The notes beneath the pieces were generated by a model. The model did no database searches. It saw only the letters and a program-made list of their open reading frames with translations, and had not been told where the DNA came from. A program made the position numbers and the translations under genes. Shown one piece after another: positions 51,628-62,986 of a stretch of DNA of 64,000 nucleotides. The DNA is from Macrostomum hystrix (Eukaryota > Animalia > Platyhelminthes). How positions within the stretch are numbered: the stretch's first letter is position 1; every line of letters begins with the position of its first letter. Location of the stretch: positions 3,100,001-3,164,000 of the forward strand of contig CATNEN010000031.1 in assembly GCA_950097015.1 (NCBI GenBank). The letters run 5' to 3'.

Positions 51628-54600
51628 ATGATTGCCGAGCAACCTGTGAGAGTAAGTAAACATATGTGTTGTAGAATTGTTTGTTTTACAACAATACTTG
51701 TAATTGTAATATAGCTCGTACTTTACAAGTTATAAACTACTCTTTAGCTTATTCCGAGCTTTACTTTACTTTGACAAAGGAGTGACCTTCCCTGTCAGAG
51801 TCACTCTGCACGCACTCCGTCAGTCTGCTCATCCTACTCCTTCAGTCTGCTCATCCTACTCCTTCAGTCTGCTCATCCTGCTCCTTCAGTCTGCCCATCC
51901 TACTCCTTCAGTCTGCTCATCCTACTCCTACAGTCTGCTCATCCTACTCCGTCAGTCTGCTCATCCTACTCCGTCAGTCTGCTCATCCTACTCCGTCAGT
52001 CTGCTCATCCTACTCCGTCAGTCTGCTCATCCTACTCCGTCAGTCTGCTCATCCTACTCCGTCAGTCTGCTCATCCTACTCCGTCAGTCTGCTCATCCTA
52101 CTCCGTCAGTCTACTCATCCTACTCCGTCAGTCTGCTCATCCTACTCCGTCAGTCTGCTCATCCTACTCCGTCAGTCTGCTCATCCTACTCCGTCAGTCT
52201 GCCCATCCTACTCCGTCAGTCTGCTCATCCTACTCCGTCAGTCTGCCCATCCTACTCCGTCAGTCTGCCCATCCTACTCCGTCAGTCTGCCCATCCTACT
52301 CCTTCAGTCTGCTCATCCTACTCCGTCAGTCTGCTCATCCTACTCCGTCAGTCTGCTCATCCTACTCCGTCAGTCTGCCCATCCTACTCCGTCAGTCTGC
52401 TCATCCTACTCGGTCAGTCTGCTCATCCTACTCCGTCAGTCTGCTCATCCTACTCCTTCAGTCTGCCCATCCTACTCCGTCAGTCTGCTCATCCTACTCC
52501 TTCATCTGCTCATCCTACTCCTTCAGTCTGCTCATCCTACTCCGTCAGTCTGCTCATCCTGCTCCTTCAGTCTGCTCATCCTGCTCCTTCAGTCTGCTCA
52601 TCCTGCTCCTTCAGTCTGCTCATCCTACTCCTTCATCTGCTCATCCTACTCCTTCAGTCTGCTCATCCTACTCCGTCAGTCTGCTCATCCTTTAACTGGT
52701 CTCCACCGCCGCTTTTCCGCGCAGTCGGGCATCAACCTTAGCCAGCAGCAGCTGATGCAGCTGCTCCATCAGAAACTATTCGGTCCGCGCCAGCTAACAC
52801 ACTCGGAAATCTTTCTGCTAAGCCTGTACGCCGCCATCGCCCTGCTATCACTGGGCGGCAACGGACTGTTTCTCTTTCTCAGCTTCAAGTACAGTGGCCT
52901 GCGGCGTCACACATCCTACATCATGATGAGCTTGGCCGGCTCAAATCTGCTAGTTGTCAGCACCTGCCTGCCAGTATCGGCTGTGAAACTTTTCTATACC
53001 ACCTGGAAACTGGGAGGCACGGCTTGCCGCCTAGTCAGCTTCATTGAAGGTATCCTATTGGTGGGAATTTTGCCTGGCTGTTGGGGGAATGATCCCACTA
53101 ATCGAGTGGTGAATGGTCGCCTAAGCGGGTGGTGAATGGTCGCCTAAGCGGGTGGTGAATGGTCGCCTAAGCGGGTGGTGAATGGTCGCCTAAGCGGGTG
53201 GTGAATGGTCGCCTAAACGGGTAGTCATATTGCCTCATGTTAATTACAGGCAGTGAAGTTTTCTTGCAGCTGAAAATGAAGATGCGAGGGTTGAAGGGGA
53301 GCTAAAAATGGTCGCTAACTACAATCGTCTCAGATGACAGTTTCAACTTACGCTCCTCTGTGCAGCTGCTCCTAAAACTGCTTGGACAGGCTCATCAGTT
53401 TGAAAGCCCATAATAGCCGGTCATTGTCAGTCTAGAAGCCTACAATTTAGTGTTGTTGAGACTTGCACTAGCGATTTCTATGCTAAACATTTTCTCACTC
53501 AGCCGCATTTTTAGATGGCATGAAGAAGGCACTTGAAAATTGACAATAACACCTGCTTCATTAGCCGCGTCATTGCAAATTTAAATTTAAATGAGAATGG
53601 TCATTAAGTCCAATAGAAACGGGACTTTTCAGTATCTTCTAATGTAACCTATTGATCATATTGAGTGCGAAATGTTTGTTTTTTCTGTTGCCACCCATCG
53701 AAGTCTCGAATTTCAATCTCAACAGCTTTAATCCCATCGATTGGACTGTTGGCTGGCTCATCTTCTGTTAGTTCGCTTCCTAAAAGACGATTATTTCTCA
53801 TATTTTCGATGCCACTCTATGTGGAGAGATTAGACGAAACTGTCGGCTGCTTGAATATCGGCCTTTTTCGGATAGCAAGCAGGTTCCATCTCTTCTTCTC
53901 CTAGAGGAGATGGGATCTCTCTGAACTGCGGAAATTCATGCTGGAAAGATAAGGGCATCACTTTTTGGATTGGGTATAGTCCAGTGCTGGATTGAGGCTA
54001 GGATTAATGGCTTGAAGTAAAGAGGATTTCTCTTCGACTCGGATTTTCTTAATTCCTTTGGCGCAACGAGTTAAGTCCATCGTCTGCCAGTCGGTTATCA
54101 ACTAAATATTACGTGACGCGTCTAGTGATGAAAGACACTTTCGCTTGGTTATAAGCGAGTCTAATTTCACTCTTTTAAGCTAATTCCATGCCTCTTCGTT
54201 CCTTCGTTCTTCACCAAAGACGATTGTCTATGGCCCGATCATTCGTTTTTCATTAAAGACGATAGTCTATGGCCCCGATCATTCGTTCTTCACAAAAGAC
54301 GATCGCGATGATAATCTATGGCCCCGATCATTCAAGACGATAGTCTATGGCCCTGATCAATCAAGACGATAGTCTATGGCCCGATCATTCGTTCTTCACC
54401 AAAGACGATGATAGTCTATGGCCCCGATCATTCGTTCTTCACCAAAGACGATGATAGTCTATGGCCCCGATCATTCGTTCTTCACCAAATTCGATAGTCT
54501 ATGGCCCCGATCATTCGTTCTTCACCAAATTCGATAGTCTATGGCCCCGATCATTCGTTCTTCACCAAAGACGATAGTCTATGGCCAATACCTACTAATC

Positions 54601-55553
54601 CTTGACCTCGTCCTAGAGTAATCGATGGCCATAATTAACGCTCGTGCATTTGTACTGTTGACAGAAAAAATTAATTTTTTAATTTGAGCAAAAGCAAACT
54701 TCATTATCCCGCAGGCCTGGCCCTGTGTGTCAACAGTTTCTCCTTGGCGTCCATCGCCATTCTGCGCGCCCGCCAAAGCGCCCTGACTGATCCGCCAGAT
54801 CAGGCGCGCAACAGTCCCGGCTTGCGAAGAGTGGTGGCTGCCACTTGGCTCAGCGCCTTATTGGTGTCGACGCCGGCGCTATTCGCCTTCAGCCTACAGC
54901 CGGTCGACATGCCAGGCAGAGGCAATTGGACACTGCCTGCGTTAGCCGGCCAAGAAGTGCACTACGTGTGCTCAGAGGACCGCAGCAACGCAGCCGGTCA
55001 GAAAGCCTATTCCGCCTACTTTCTAGTCCTGCTATTTTTAACGCCTTGCGTTGTACTAGCCTTCTCCTACGGAGTGACGGCTAGCTTTCTAACCAGGCAG
55101 TTCGCTCGACTGACTAGCCGGCGACGCGATGCCATGGCAGCCGCGCCCCTAGAAGGAAGCGCTTCCAGGCCTCCTACGGCAGCGGCGTCTCTGGCCCTGA
55201 CAAATCAGACTTCAGTAGCGTCGGGCGCGCCGCGCAGACAGCGCCAGATACAGCGGCAGGCGCGTCGGTTGCATCGGCGAACGGTGAAAACTCTGGCAGT
55301 TCTAGTCGCCTTCTTCATCGTCTGCTGGTTCCCGAAGGACCTCATCATCCTGCTGCAGGACTTTGTGCTGGAGAACCGCGGCGTGGACGCCGTCAGTCCG
55401 CTGATCGAGGCCTACCCGTACAGCCAGGCTCTGATCTATCTGCACAGCGCCCTCTGTCCCTTCCTCTACTGGTGCCTGAGTCGAGTGTTTCAGCACTACA
55501 TCAGGAAGGCATTCTCGCGGCGTCAGGCGCAGAGGGCCCAGCCAAAGCCTTAG
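51628..55553 (+). CDS. Class A (rhodopsin-like) peptide-type GPCR with atypical motifs (exons 51628-51651, 52725-53049, 54715-55553)
   Basis: Seven hydrophobic segments: TM1 GN, TM2 LAGSN..TCLP, ECL1 WKLGGTAC, TM4 W, TM5 P, TM6 CWFP, TM7 CPFLY. The C3.25-R3.50 spacing of 25 residues is preserved across the 53049/54715 junction. The N-terminal NLS sequon and the small first exon (ATG...AGA|GTAAGT) are inferred. TCLP resembles orexin/allatotropin receptors (weak). Confidence 0.88.
51810..52690. repeat. 21-bp minisatellite (CAGTCTGCTCATCCTACTCCGT-type)n, about 42 copies, filling GPCR intron 1
   Basis: Tandem units ending about 34 bp before the acceptor at 52724. Confidence 0.93.
53107..53222. 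repeat. 23-bp minisatellite (GGGTGGTGAATGGTCGCCTAAGC), about 5 copies, in GPCR intron 2
   Basis: Tandem units. Confidence 0.9.
54215..54590. repeat. About 40-bp degenerate minisatellite (AAGACGATAGTCTATGGCCCCGATCATTCGTTCTTCACC) in GPCR intron 2
   Basis: About 8-9 variable units. Confidence 0.85.
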
Positions 55554-57390
55554 TGGGCCTTGCAAAAGGGCAACCAATTCGATGATTGATGACCGAGCTG
55601 CACTCTTTCTGCATGGACGCAGCTATTTAAATCGGATGAAATCGCGCGCCTTAATTCGTCAACTTTGACTGCTTTGCCGCGCTGACTTTAGATTTCCGCC
55701 CGTTCTTCGCCTCGGCGGCCCTAAGCGAACTCGAGAAAAATGAATTCATTATCGACTCGCTCGCTCATGAGTTATAGAAAGTTTTCTACTCACTTGAAAA
55801 ATTAAAACGTGCCGAAGTTCGATTGGAACGCTGCAATAGACCCGTTGACTGGGATTGCGGAAATGCTGATGCTGGTGTATTAACCGAAAGTTGAAGTTGT
55901 TTTTATCGTTTTTTTCCTCACAATACAGACTATAGGTTTTAATTGGGAAATGAAAACACAGAAATTGATAATTGTTCTTTTCTGGATTTCTAAACCTCTA
56001 CACCATAGGCCTGCCTCAGCAGCCAAAATTTCGTTCCTGTCTGATAATTATAAATATGCCAGTAAACATCATTCATGTACTTTTCCTTATCGAATATTGC
56101 CCGTAAACAGTTTAGTATTGGAAAGTTAAAAAAAATTTTTTCCAGCAAAATGCATCACTTCTATTTTTTGACCATTTTTTCGTTGGACTTGTGGAGAATA
56201 CTATTTTTAAGTGCGGCATAGATTCTTGAATAAGAAAAAAGTAGACTTTTATAATGCTACTGCAAGTAGAGCAATTCGCGTATGTCAATATTTCTAGGGT
56301 GTGAACAGAAAAATACACAGTTTGTCCAAATACTCAAAAGTTCAAAGTTTTGTAAGACAAAAGATCGCATAAACTTACTCACATTTCATCCCAGTATGCT
56401 CGAGTTTGAAATCCCGTCTCAGGTGTGTGCTCGATTAATTTTCCCAATTTCAGCCCACCGGAACAGACTACAGTCCAGACTGCAGGGAATCACTAACCTT
56501 CCATGACAAAAGTCTCGATTTCGATTTGAACTACCGCTATGGAATTGATTTTCGGTGAAGAAGTATAGAAGAGGAAAGCGACCAAAAGAAAGGAAGTGTA
56601 TGCACCGACCACAAAGAGAGAATAGTTTTTTGAGTCATTGTGTAGTCCACATTACACTGCGTGAGATTCTTCCCCACACGCAGTTCCGGATTCCTAGCTA
56701 GCTTTGTAATAAATTCTCCCTGACCCTTTTACGAAAAAGTAAAATTGAGAAATTTATAGTTTCACTTTCACGTAAAGCCTCGATTTGTTTTGTCAAGTGT
56801 TTTAGTTAACGCTATTTTGCTCAACTCGAAATTGTTCACTTCAATAAGCCAGCAATTTTGGACACAACTCAAGCATCAGGTCGCAGCTGTGCCATTGAAA
56901 CTTGCTGAAATAGAAAGGAGGAAGGGTAGACTGCGCGATCAGGCAGTCATTTCAATAACTAACGTGTCCTGAAAGTAAACGCTTTCGCTCTCTCCCTCTC
57001 CGCCACAGCTGTCCAATCAGAGACGACCCTGGCCAACCACCGCCTTGAAGGTTCCAAGTGTCAAGCAGACGTGGGTTTTGCCGCGGGTCTCTCTACCCTC
57101 ACTCTCTCCTTTCCTCTCCTCTCCTCCCCGCTGTAGTATCCCCCCAAGAGCCGCCCCTCAGTGTATTTTAGCAACTGGTCTGCCCTGGCTTTGAAAGAAC
57201 GCTCAATAACCAGAAAAATATAACATATCGAGCCAGTCCAACACCAACCAGGAGCTGTGCAAGGCGGTGGCCCAAGTTAACATAACAACAAGATGATGAA
57301 GACTGATAGCAGGGTCTGGGAGGACGCTCGCCAGAGTGAGTTGGTCATTTAAAGCTTGTTTTAATAAGTATGGAAATTCATGCGTAGTAA

Positions 57391-57585
57391 ACTTGAAGGT
57401 CAGGGGTTCGATTCCTGACTTCATTGGAACGTAATGTGTCCTTTAACAAGACACTTATCTGTGCATGGCTTCAGTTCACCCAGCTGTTAAATGGGTACCA
57501 GCATCAGTTGGGGTAATTGAAGGTGTGTGTGTGGCGTCTCCCCAGTCCATGGACTGAACAGTCGTACTCTTCAGATGCGCCTGAA
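57391..57585 (+). mobile_element. CORE-like tRNA-derived SINE, family A (5'-truncated)
   Basis: GGTTCGATTCCTGAC...TGTGTCCTTTAACAAGACACTTATC...CTTCAGTTCACCCAGCTGTTAAATGGGTACC...CAGTCCATGGACTG. Confidence 0.78.
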
Positions 57586-58182
57586 AAATGAAGAGAAATG
57601 TATATATTTTTCATCTGACGACAATATAGCTTTGAGCATTGTACTTGACTGTCTCATCCTCTATCGTATTATATCTGGCTAAACTTTTAACACAGGAAAG
57701 TTTCAATCGCAGAGCGTACAGTAGAGTAGCCAGTCAGAATGAATGAGTTGGATGGATGGGGCCTGGGCAGTGGGGTGGGCTAGTTGATTAATTTCTGTGC
57801 ATTCTGGTCCCAGGAAGCGCCCGTCTGCAGTGGGATTAAGCAGTGAGCGTGGCAGAGTAAACTTATCGGCCAAGCTGTCCGAACTCATCCAGAGAGATGA
57901 GTCTATCGCTCTTCATCTCCGCTTAGCTCTCACTGGTTCCCAATTCAGTTGCCCCAATACATGACAGGATCTATTTCACTTTTCTTCTGACACAGTAAGG
58001 CACTCAATCACTGATACCACTTAGTCGTTCTTTCTTCCAGCCTGTTTATGACTACTAAGGTCGTAAAATTACATTCAACACTGTGTAGTCTGACATCAAT
58101 TTATAATAGTAATAATAATATATTATTGTGTACCATTTATCGACAGTTAAACTATAGGCCAGCGACGAGACAATTCTGTATC

Positions 58183-58237
58183 CCCTAAATTTCATATCCC
58201 CTAAATTTCATATCCCCTAAATTTCATATCCCCTAAA
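58183..58237. repeat. 16-bp repeat (TATCCCCTAAATTTCA), about 3.5 copies
   Basis: Tandem units. Confidence 0.85.
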
Positions 58238-58267
58238 TCTAAGATTGCACGTAATGCACTGCCAGAT

Positions 58268-59060
58268 TAAGTGGAAGATGAAGTTTGGAGGTTGTGAAGT
58301 TTGGGGGTTGTGAAGATTGGGGGTTGTGAAGATTGGGGGTTGTGAAGTTTGAGGGTTGTGAAGTTTGAGGGTTGTGAAGATTAGGGGTTGTGAAGTTTGG
58401 GGGTTGTGAAGTTTGGGGGTTGTGAAGTTTGAGGGTTGTGAAGTTTGGGGGTTGTGAAGATTGGGGGTTGTGAAGTTTGGGGGTTGTGAAGTTTGGGGGT
58501 TGTGAAGTTTGAGGGTTGTGAAGTTTGAGGGTTGTGAAGTTTGGGGGTTGTGAAGTTTGGGGGTTGTGAAGTTTGAGGGTTGTGAAGTTTGGGGGTTGTG
58601 AAGATTGGGGGTTGTGAAGTTTGGGGGTTGTGAAGTTTGGGGGTTGTGAAGTTTGAGGGTTGTGAAGTTTGAGGGTTGTGAAGTTTGGGGGTTGTGAAGT
58701 TTGAGGGTTGTGAAGTTTGAGGGTTGTGAAGTTTAAGGGGTTGTGAAGTTTGAGGGTTGTGAAGTTTGGAGGTTGTGAAGTTTGGGGGTTGTGAAGTTTG
58801 GGGGTTGTGAAGTTTGAGGGTTGTGAAGTTTGGGGGTTGTGAAGTTTGGGGGTTGTGAAGTTTGGAGGTTGTGAAGTTTGGGGGTTGTGAAGTTTGAGGG
58901 TTGTGAAGTTTGAGGGTTGTGAAGTTTGAGGGTTGTGAAGTTTGGGGGTTGTGAAGTTTGGGGGTTGTGAAGTTTGAGGGTTGTGAAGTTTGAGGTTTGT
59001 GAAGTTTGAGGGTTGTGAAGTTTGGGGGTTGTGAAGTTTGGGGGTTGTGAAGTTTGGGGG
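58268..59060. repeat. 16-bp G-rich minisatellite (GGGGGTTGTGAAGTTT)n, about 50 copies
   Basis: Tandem units with GG/GA variants. Confidence 0.95.
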
Positions 59061-60489
59061 TCGTAAATGCAGCCCCAATCTACGTGCCAGTGAGTTATCA
59101 AAGCTAGTAGTAAGCGACTTGTTCAATCAATTTCAGATGTGACTGCATCTCCTAACTTTTAAGGCTCACATCTGTGTTCAATAAATATCTCTTCTATTAC
59201 TACCTGTCTGCTTGTTGTTACTTCGATGCATGAGCGAGGTCTGGAGTTCGAATCTCAGCCCAAAAGAAGAAAAAAGTATTTTTGGGAAAGACACAATGTT
59301 CTATTGTTTTTTTGGTGCTCCCACACCCAGTCCATGTACTCAACAGTTATTAAAATGAATAATTACTAGTTCAATTCTTAACATTTTTTCAGCTGTTGCT
59401 AATGCCATGCGTGTAGAGTAAGTAGTACACGCATATTCGCAGCTAGTCGTGTTCGTTACGATGCGTGAAAAATGACTGCAAAAAATAAGAAATAAGATAG
59501 ATGGCACGAGGCAGGAGGCAAATCTCCTGTTGGTGATTGATTTCACCAGCCTTGAAGCTATAAAACAGCCAAGAAAATCATAAAGCCTTGCTATGACGGG
59601 CCAATTTGATTTCAAGAATTTGTGTAGAAATTTTATTCTATACGAGGTGCGCTGCAGACGCGGAATAGGTAAGAGAGGTGGCCTGGGCACTTTACAGGGA
59701 ATCAGTATGTGTGGGGAAGCAGCGGAGGCCTTCATATTTTTCATACATATTTTTTGCTGCCGAAAAGGATTGAAGAAAGTTTTCTACCACGAATGCAGTG
59801 AGGGCACGCTTGTGTAGCAGCCGCCGACAGCACTTGACAGGCAGAGCCAGGGCCCACTGTCAGTTCCCATTTTTGTCCCATCCGTCCCTCCTTTGCTTCC
59901 CCCCGATAAGCTTACGTATGGTTTTATCGCTGTCCGTTTACAACACCCCGTGTGTTATGAGGCCAGGCTACAGGGGTGTTCCGTCTCTCAGTGTGTGCAT
60001 GCAGGTTTTAGAAGGCTGAATGGCATTTTTGTGGTTTCGTTTTTACGTCCAGAAAATTTGACAGTTTGTCCCCGCTATCTATCTTGGATTGTCGCTTGTG
60101 GCATCAAATCTTCTATAGCGTGTGCCATGCGTGCTACTGACTAGTGCGCTTGTAAGTAGTATTATTTGGTCGTAACCACTCAAAATAAATAAATAAACTG
60201 TAGCCGCGTAACAAACATCGCGAATCCATGAGCTTTTTTCCGAGCAAACAACTAAATAGTTGGAAATTGATGTACTAGAATTGTTAATCTCTTTTAGCAC
60301 TTTGAAAACTAGTGAAGTAGTATGAAATCAATAGAATAAATATGACTCAGATTGACATTTTGTGTTGCAATTCAACGATTTCTTCGATCCCTCGACACAG
60401 ACGACGACCCTCAATCGCCTTCATTAGCTCCTCCTACACGTATACTTTTAGTTCGTCGGTTATTTCACTCATATCCATCTGCCATCTCT

Positions 60490-61840
60490 ATTTCTCCTCT
60501 CCTTCTCTCCCTTCCTCTTTCTCCCATCTCACTCTCGCCTCTCCTTCTCTCCCTTCCTCTTTCTCCCATCTCACTTTCGCCTCTCCTTCTCTCCCTTTCT
60601 CTTTCTCCCATCTCACTTTCGCCTCTCCTTCTCTCCCTTCCTCTTTCTCCCATCTCACTTTCGCCCCTCATTCTCTCCCTTCCTCTTTCTCCCATCTCCC
60701 TCTCGCCTCTCCTTCTCTCCCTTCCTCTTTCTCCCATCTCCCTCTCGCCTCTCCTTCTCTCCCTTCCTCTTTCTCCCATCTCACTTTCGCCTCTCCTTCT
60801 CTCCCTTCCTCTTTCTCCCATCTCCCTCTCGCCTCTCCTTCTTTCCCTTCCTCTTTCTCCCATCTCCCTCTCGCCTCTCCTTCTCTCCCTTCCTCTTTCT
60901 CCCATCTCCCTCTCGCCTCTCCTTCTCTCCCTTTCTCGTTCTCCCATCTCACTTTCGCCTCTCATTCTCTCCCTTCCTCTTTCTCCCATCTCACTCTCGC
61001 CTCTCCTTCTCTCCCTTCCTATTTCTCCCATCTCCCTCTCGCCTCTCCTTCTCTCCCTTCCTCTTTCTCCAATCTCCCTCTCGCCTCTCCTTCTCTCCCT
61101 TCCTCTTTCTCCTATCTCCCTCTCGCCTCTCCTTCTCTCCCTTTCTCGTTCTCCCATCTCACTTTCGCCTCTCATTCTCTCCCTTCCTCTTTCTCCCATC
61201 TCACTCTCGCCTCTCCTTCTCTCCCTTCCCTTTCCTCCCATCTCCCTCTCGCCTCTCCTTCTCTCCCTTCCCTTTCCTCCTATCTCCCTCTCGCCTCTCC
61301 TTCTCTCCCTTCCTCTTTCTCCCATCTCCCTCTCGACTCTCCTTCTCTCCCTTTCTCGTTCTCCCATTTCACTTTCGCCTCTCATTCTCTCCCTTCCTCT
61401 TTCTCCCATCTCCCTCTCGACTCTCCTTCTCTCCCTTTCTCGTTCTCCCATTTCACTTTCGCCTCTCATTCTCTCCCTTCCTCTTTCTCCCATCTCCCTC
61501 TCGCCTCTCCTTCTCTCCCTTCCTCTTTCTCCCATCTCCCTCTCGCCTCTCCTTCTCTCCCTTCCTCTTTCTCCCATCTCCCTCTCGCCTCTCCTTCTCT
61601 CCCTTCCTCTTTCTCCCATCTCCCTCTCGCCTCTCCTTCTCTCCCTTCCTCTTTCTCCCATCTCACTCTCGCCTCTCCTTCTCTCCCTTCCCTTTCCTCC
61701 CATCTCCCTCTCGCCTCTCCTTCTCTCCCTTCCCTTTCCTCCCATCTCCCTCTCGCCTCTCCTTCTCTCCCTTCCCTTTCCTCCCATCTCCCTCTCGCCT
61801 CTCCTTCTCTCCCTTCCCTTTCCTCCCATCTCCCTCTGGC
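60490..61840. repeat. 42-bp polypyrimidine minisatellite (CTCGCCTCTCCTTCTCTCCCTTCCTCTTTCTCCCATCTCCCT)n, about 32 copies
   Basis: Tandem units. Produces spurious 14-aa-periodic ORFs on both strands. Confidence 0.95.
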
Positions 61841-62344
61841 CTACCATAGAGTCTCCTATGATTCCATTTGGTTAGAAATTGTAAAACCTACTAAAAGTAG
61901 ACAGTCAGGCAGCAGAATTCTGTTAAAGTCAGTTTTATCAACAGATTTAATCTTCTTTTTGGCTCGAATACTAATGATTAAAGTTCTAGTCTTGGTTTTA
62001 AAGTATATATACATATATATACGCTAGCAACTAGAAAGACAATCCACACCTAGGCCTGATGCACTTAGTCCAATATTTGCCCGCCTGGTTCTGAAGCTGC
62101 AATTTGAGACAGGAAAAGGGAAATAAACGAAGAAGTTGGATTAGATTAGAAAAAAATCTGGAGAAATAAAAGTGCGCCAGATGCGGAGAGGGGAACACGC
62201 GAGCGCGCCACACATTCGGACAAACTAATAAATAAGTCCTTGGGATCCTATTCCGCTGCGTATGGTGATCAGCTGGTCGGGGCAGCGGTGAGTCCTCTCT
62301 ATACGGGGCGCGCAGATGGAGTGTGACATCAAATAGATAAAACT

Positions 62345-62470
62345 GGACACCCTTCCGATTGGGGTAAGTGAAGAGGAAAGAGAGAGAGGGGCGAGGAGAA
62401 GGGGAAGTGTCAGCTCCCAGGGATTGGACCTCTGCACGCTCGCTCTTTCCCACCCACCCCCGCCCCTGCG
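62345..62470 (+). promoter_or_regulatory. Possible promoter: two reverse CCAAT boxes (GATTGG) and a GC/CACCC box
   Basis: CCGATTGG near 62355, GGGATTGG near 62421, CCCACCCCCGCCCC near 62452, upstream of the candidate exon at 62827. Motif match only. Confidence 0.3.
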
Positions 62471-62826
62471 GTGCAGCAGCGCAAGTTGAGGCGGCCGCGG
62501 GAGGAAAGCCAAGCAAAGCCACTCGCGCCAGGGTCTTTTGTGGGGGCCCGGGCTTTGGACAGACAGGAAAAGGCCCCCGGCCGGAGAGGAAATATGAGAG
62601 AAAGAGTGAGAGAGGAACGGAGGGTGGGGGAGAGAGCTGCGACTGGGAGGTGGCAGCGTTGGAGGATCATAATTTAAGTCCCAACATCGCTCCCAAACAC
62701 CTAGGAAGGATCGTTCGACTTTTTACTTCTACCCAAACCCGGAAAATTTCTGCTTCCACATTTTTTGCCCGGGAGAAAAAAATCCCTTTCGAAAAAAGCG
62801 CCGGTGGCCACCTGGTAGGTCGGCGA

Positions 62827-62986
62827 ATGAAAACTGCAGCCGCAGCGGTGGCCGCAGCCGCAGCCGCAGCCGCCACCTCGGCGGCAGTAGGCGGGGATTC
62901 AGCAACAACTGGCGGCGGCAACAGCGACGGAGACCACAACCGGCACAGAAAGTACTCGGTGGTTGATCCTCAGACTGATCTCATCA
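62827..62986 (+). CDS. Probable early coding exon of an unidentified gene (MKTAAAAVAAAAAAAATSAAVGGDSATTGGGNSDGDHNRHRKYSVVDPQTDLI...)
   Basis: ATG, GC-rich polyA/G low-complexity coding style like the other genes here, ending at a strong donor A|GTGAGT. No family is recognised. Confidence 0.5.

Noticed and set aside
51782-52741. 319-aa hydrophobic repeat ORF upstream of the GPCR
   Set aside because: It is the 21-bp intronic minisatellite read in frame; it lies between the GPCR donor (51652) and acceptor (52724).
58239-62027. Long repeat ORFs (PPNFTT..., SPSLPSSFSHLPLA..., ERGRERRRG...)
   Set aside because: Direct translations of the 16-bp and 42-bp satellites, open on several frames.
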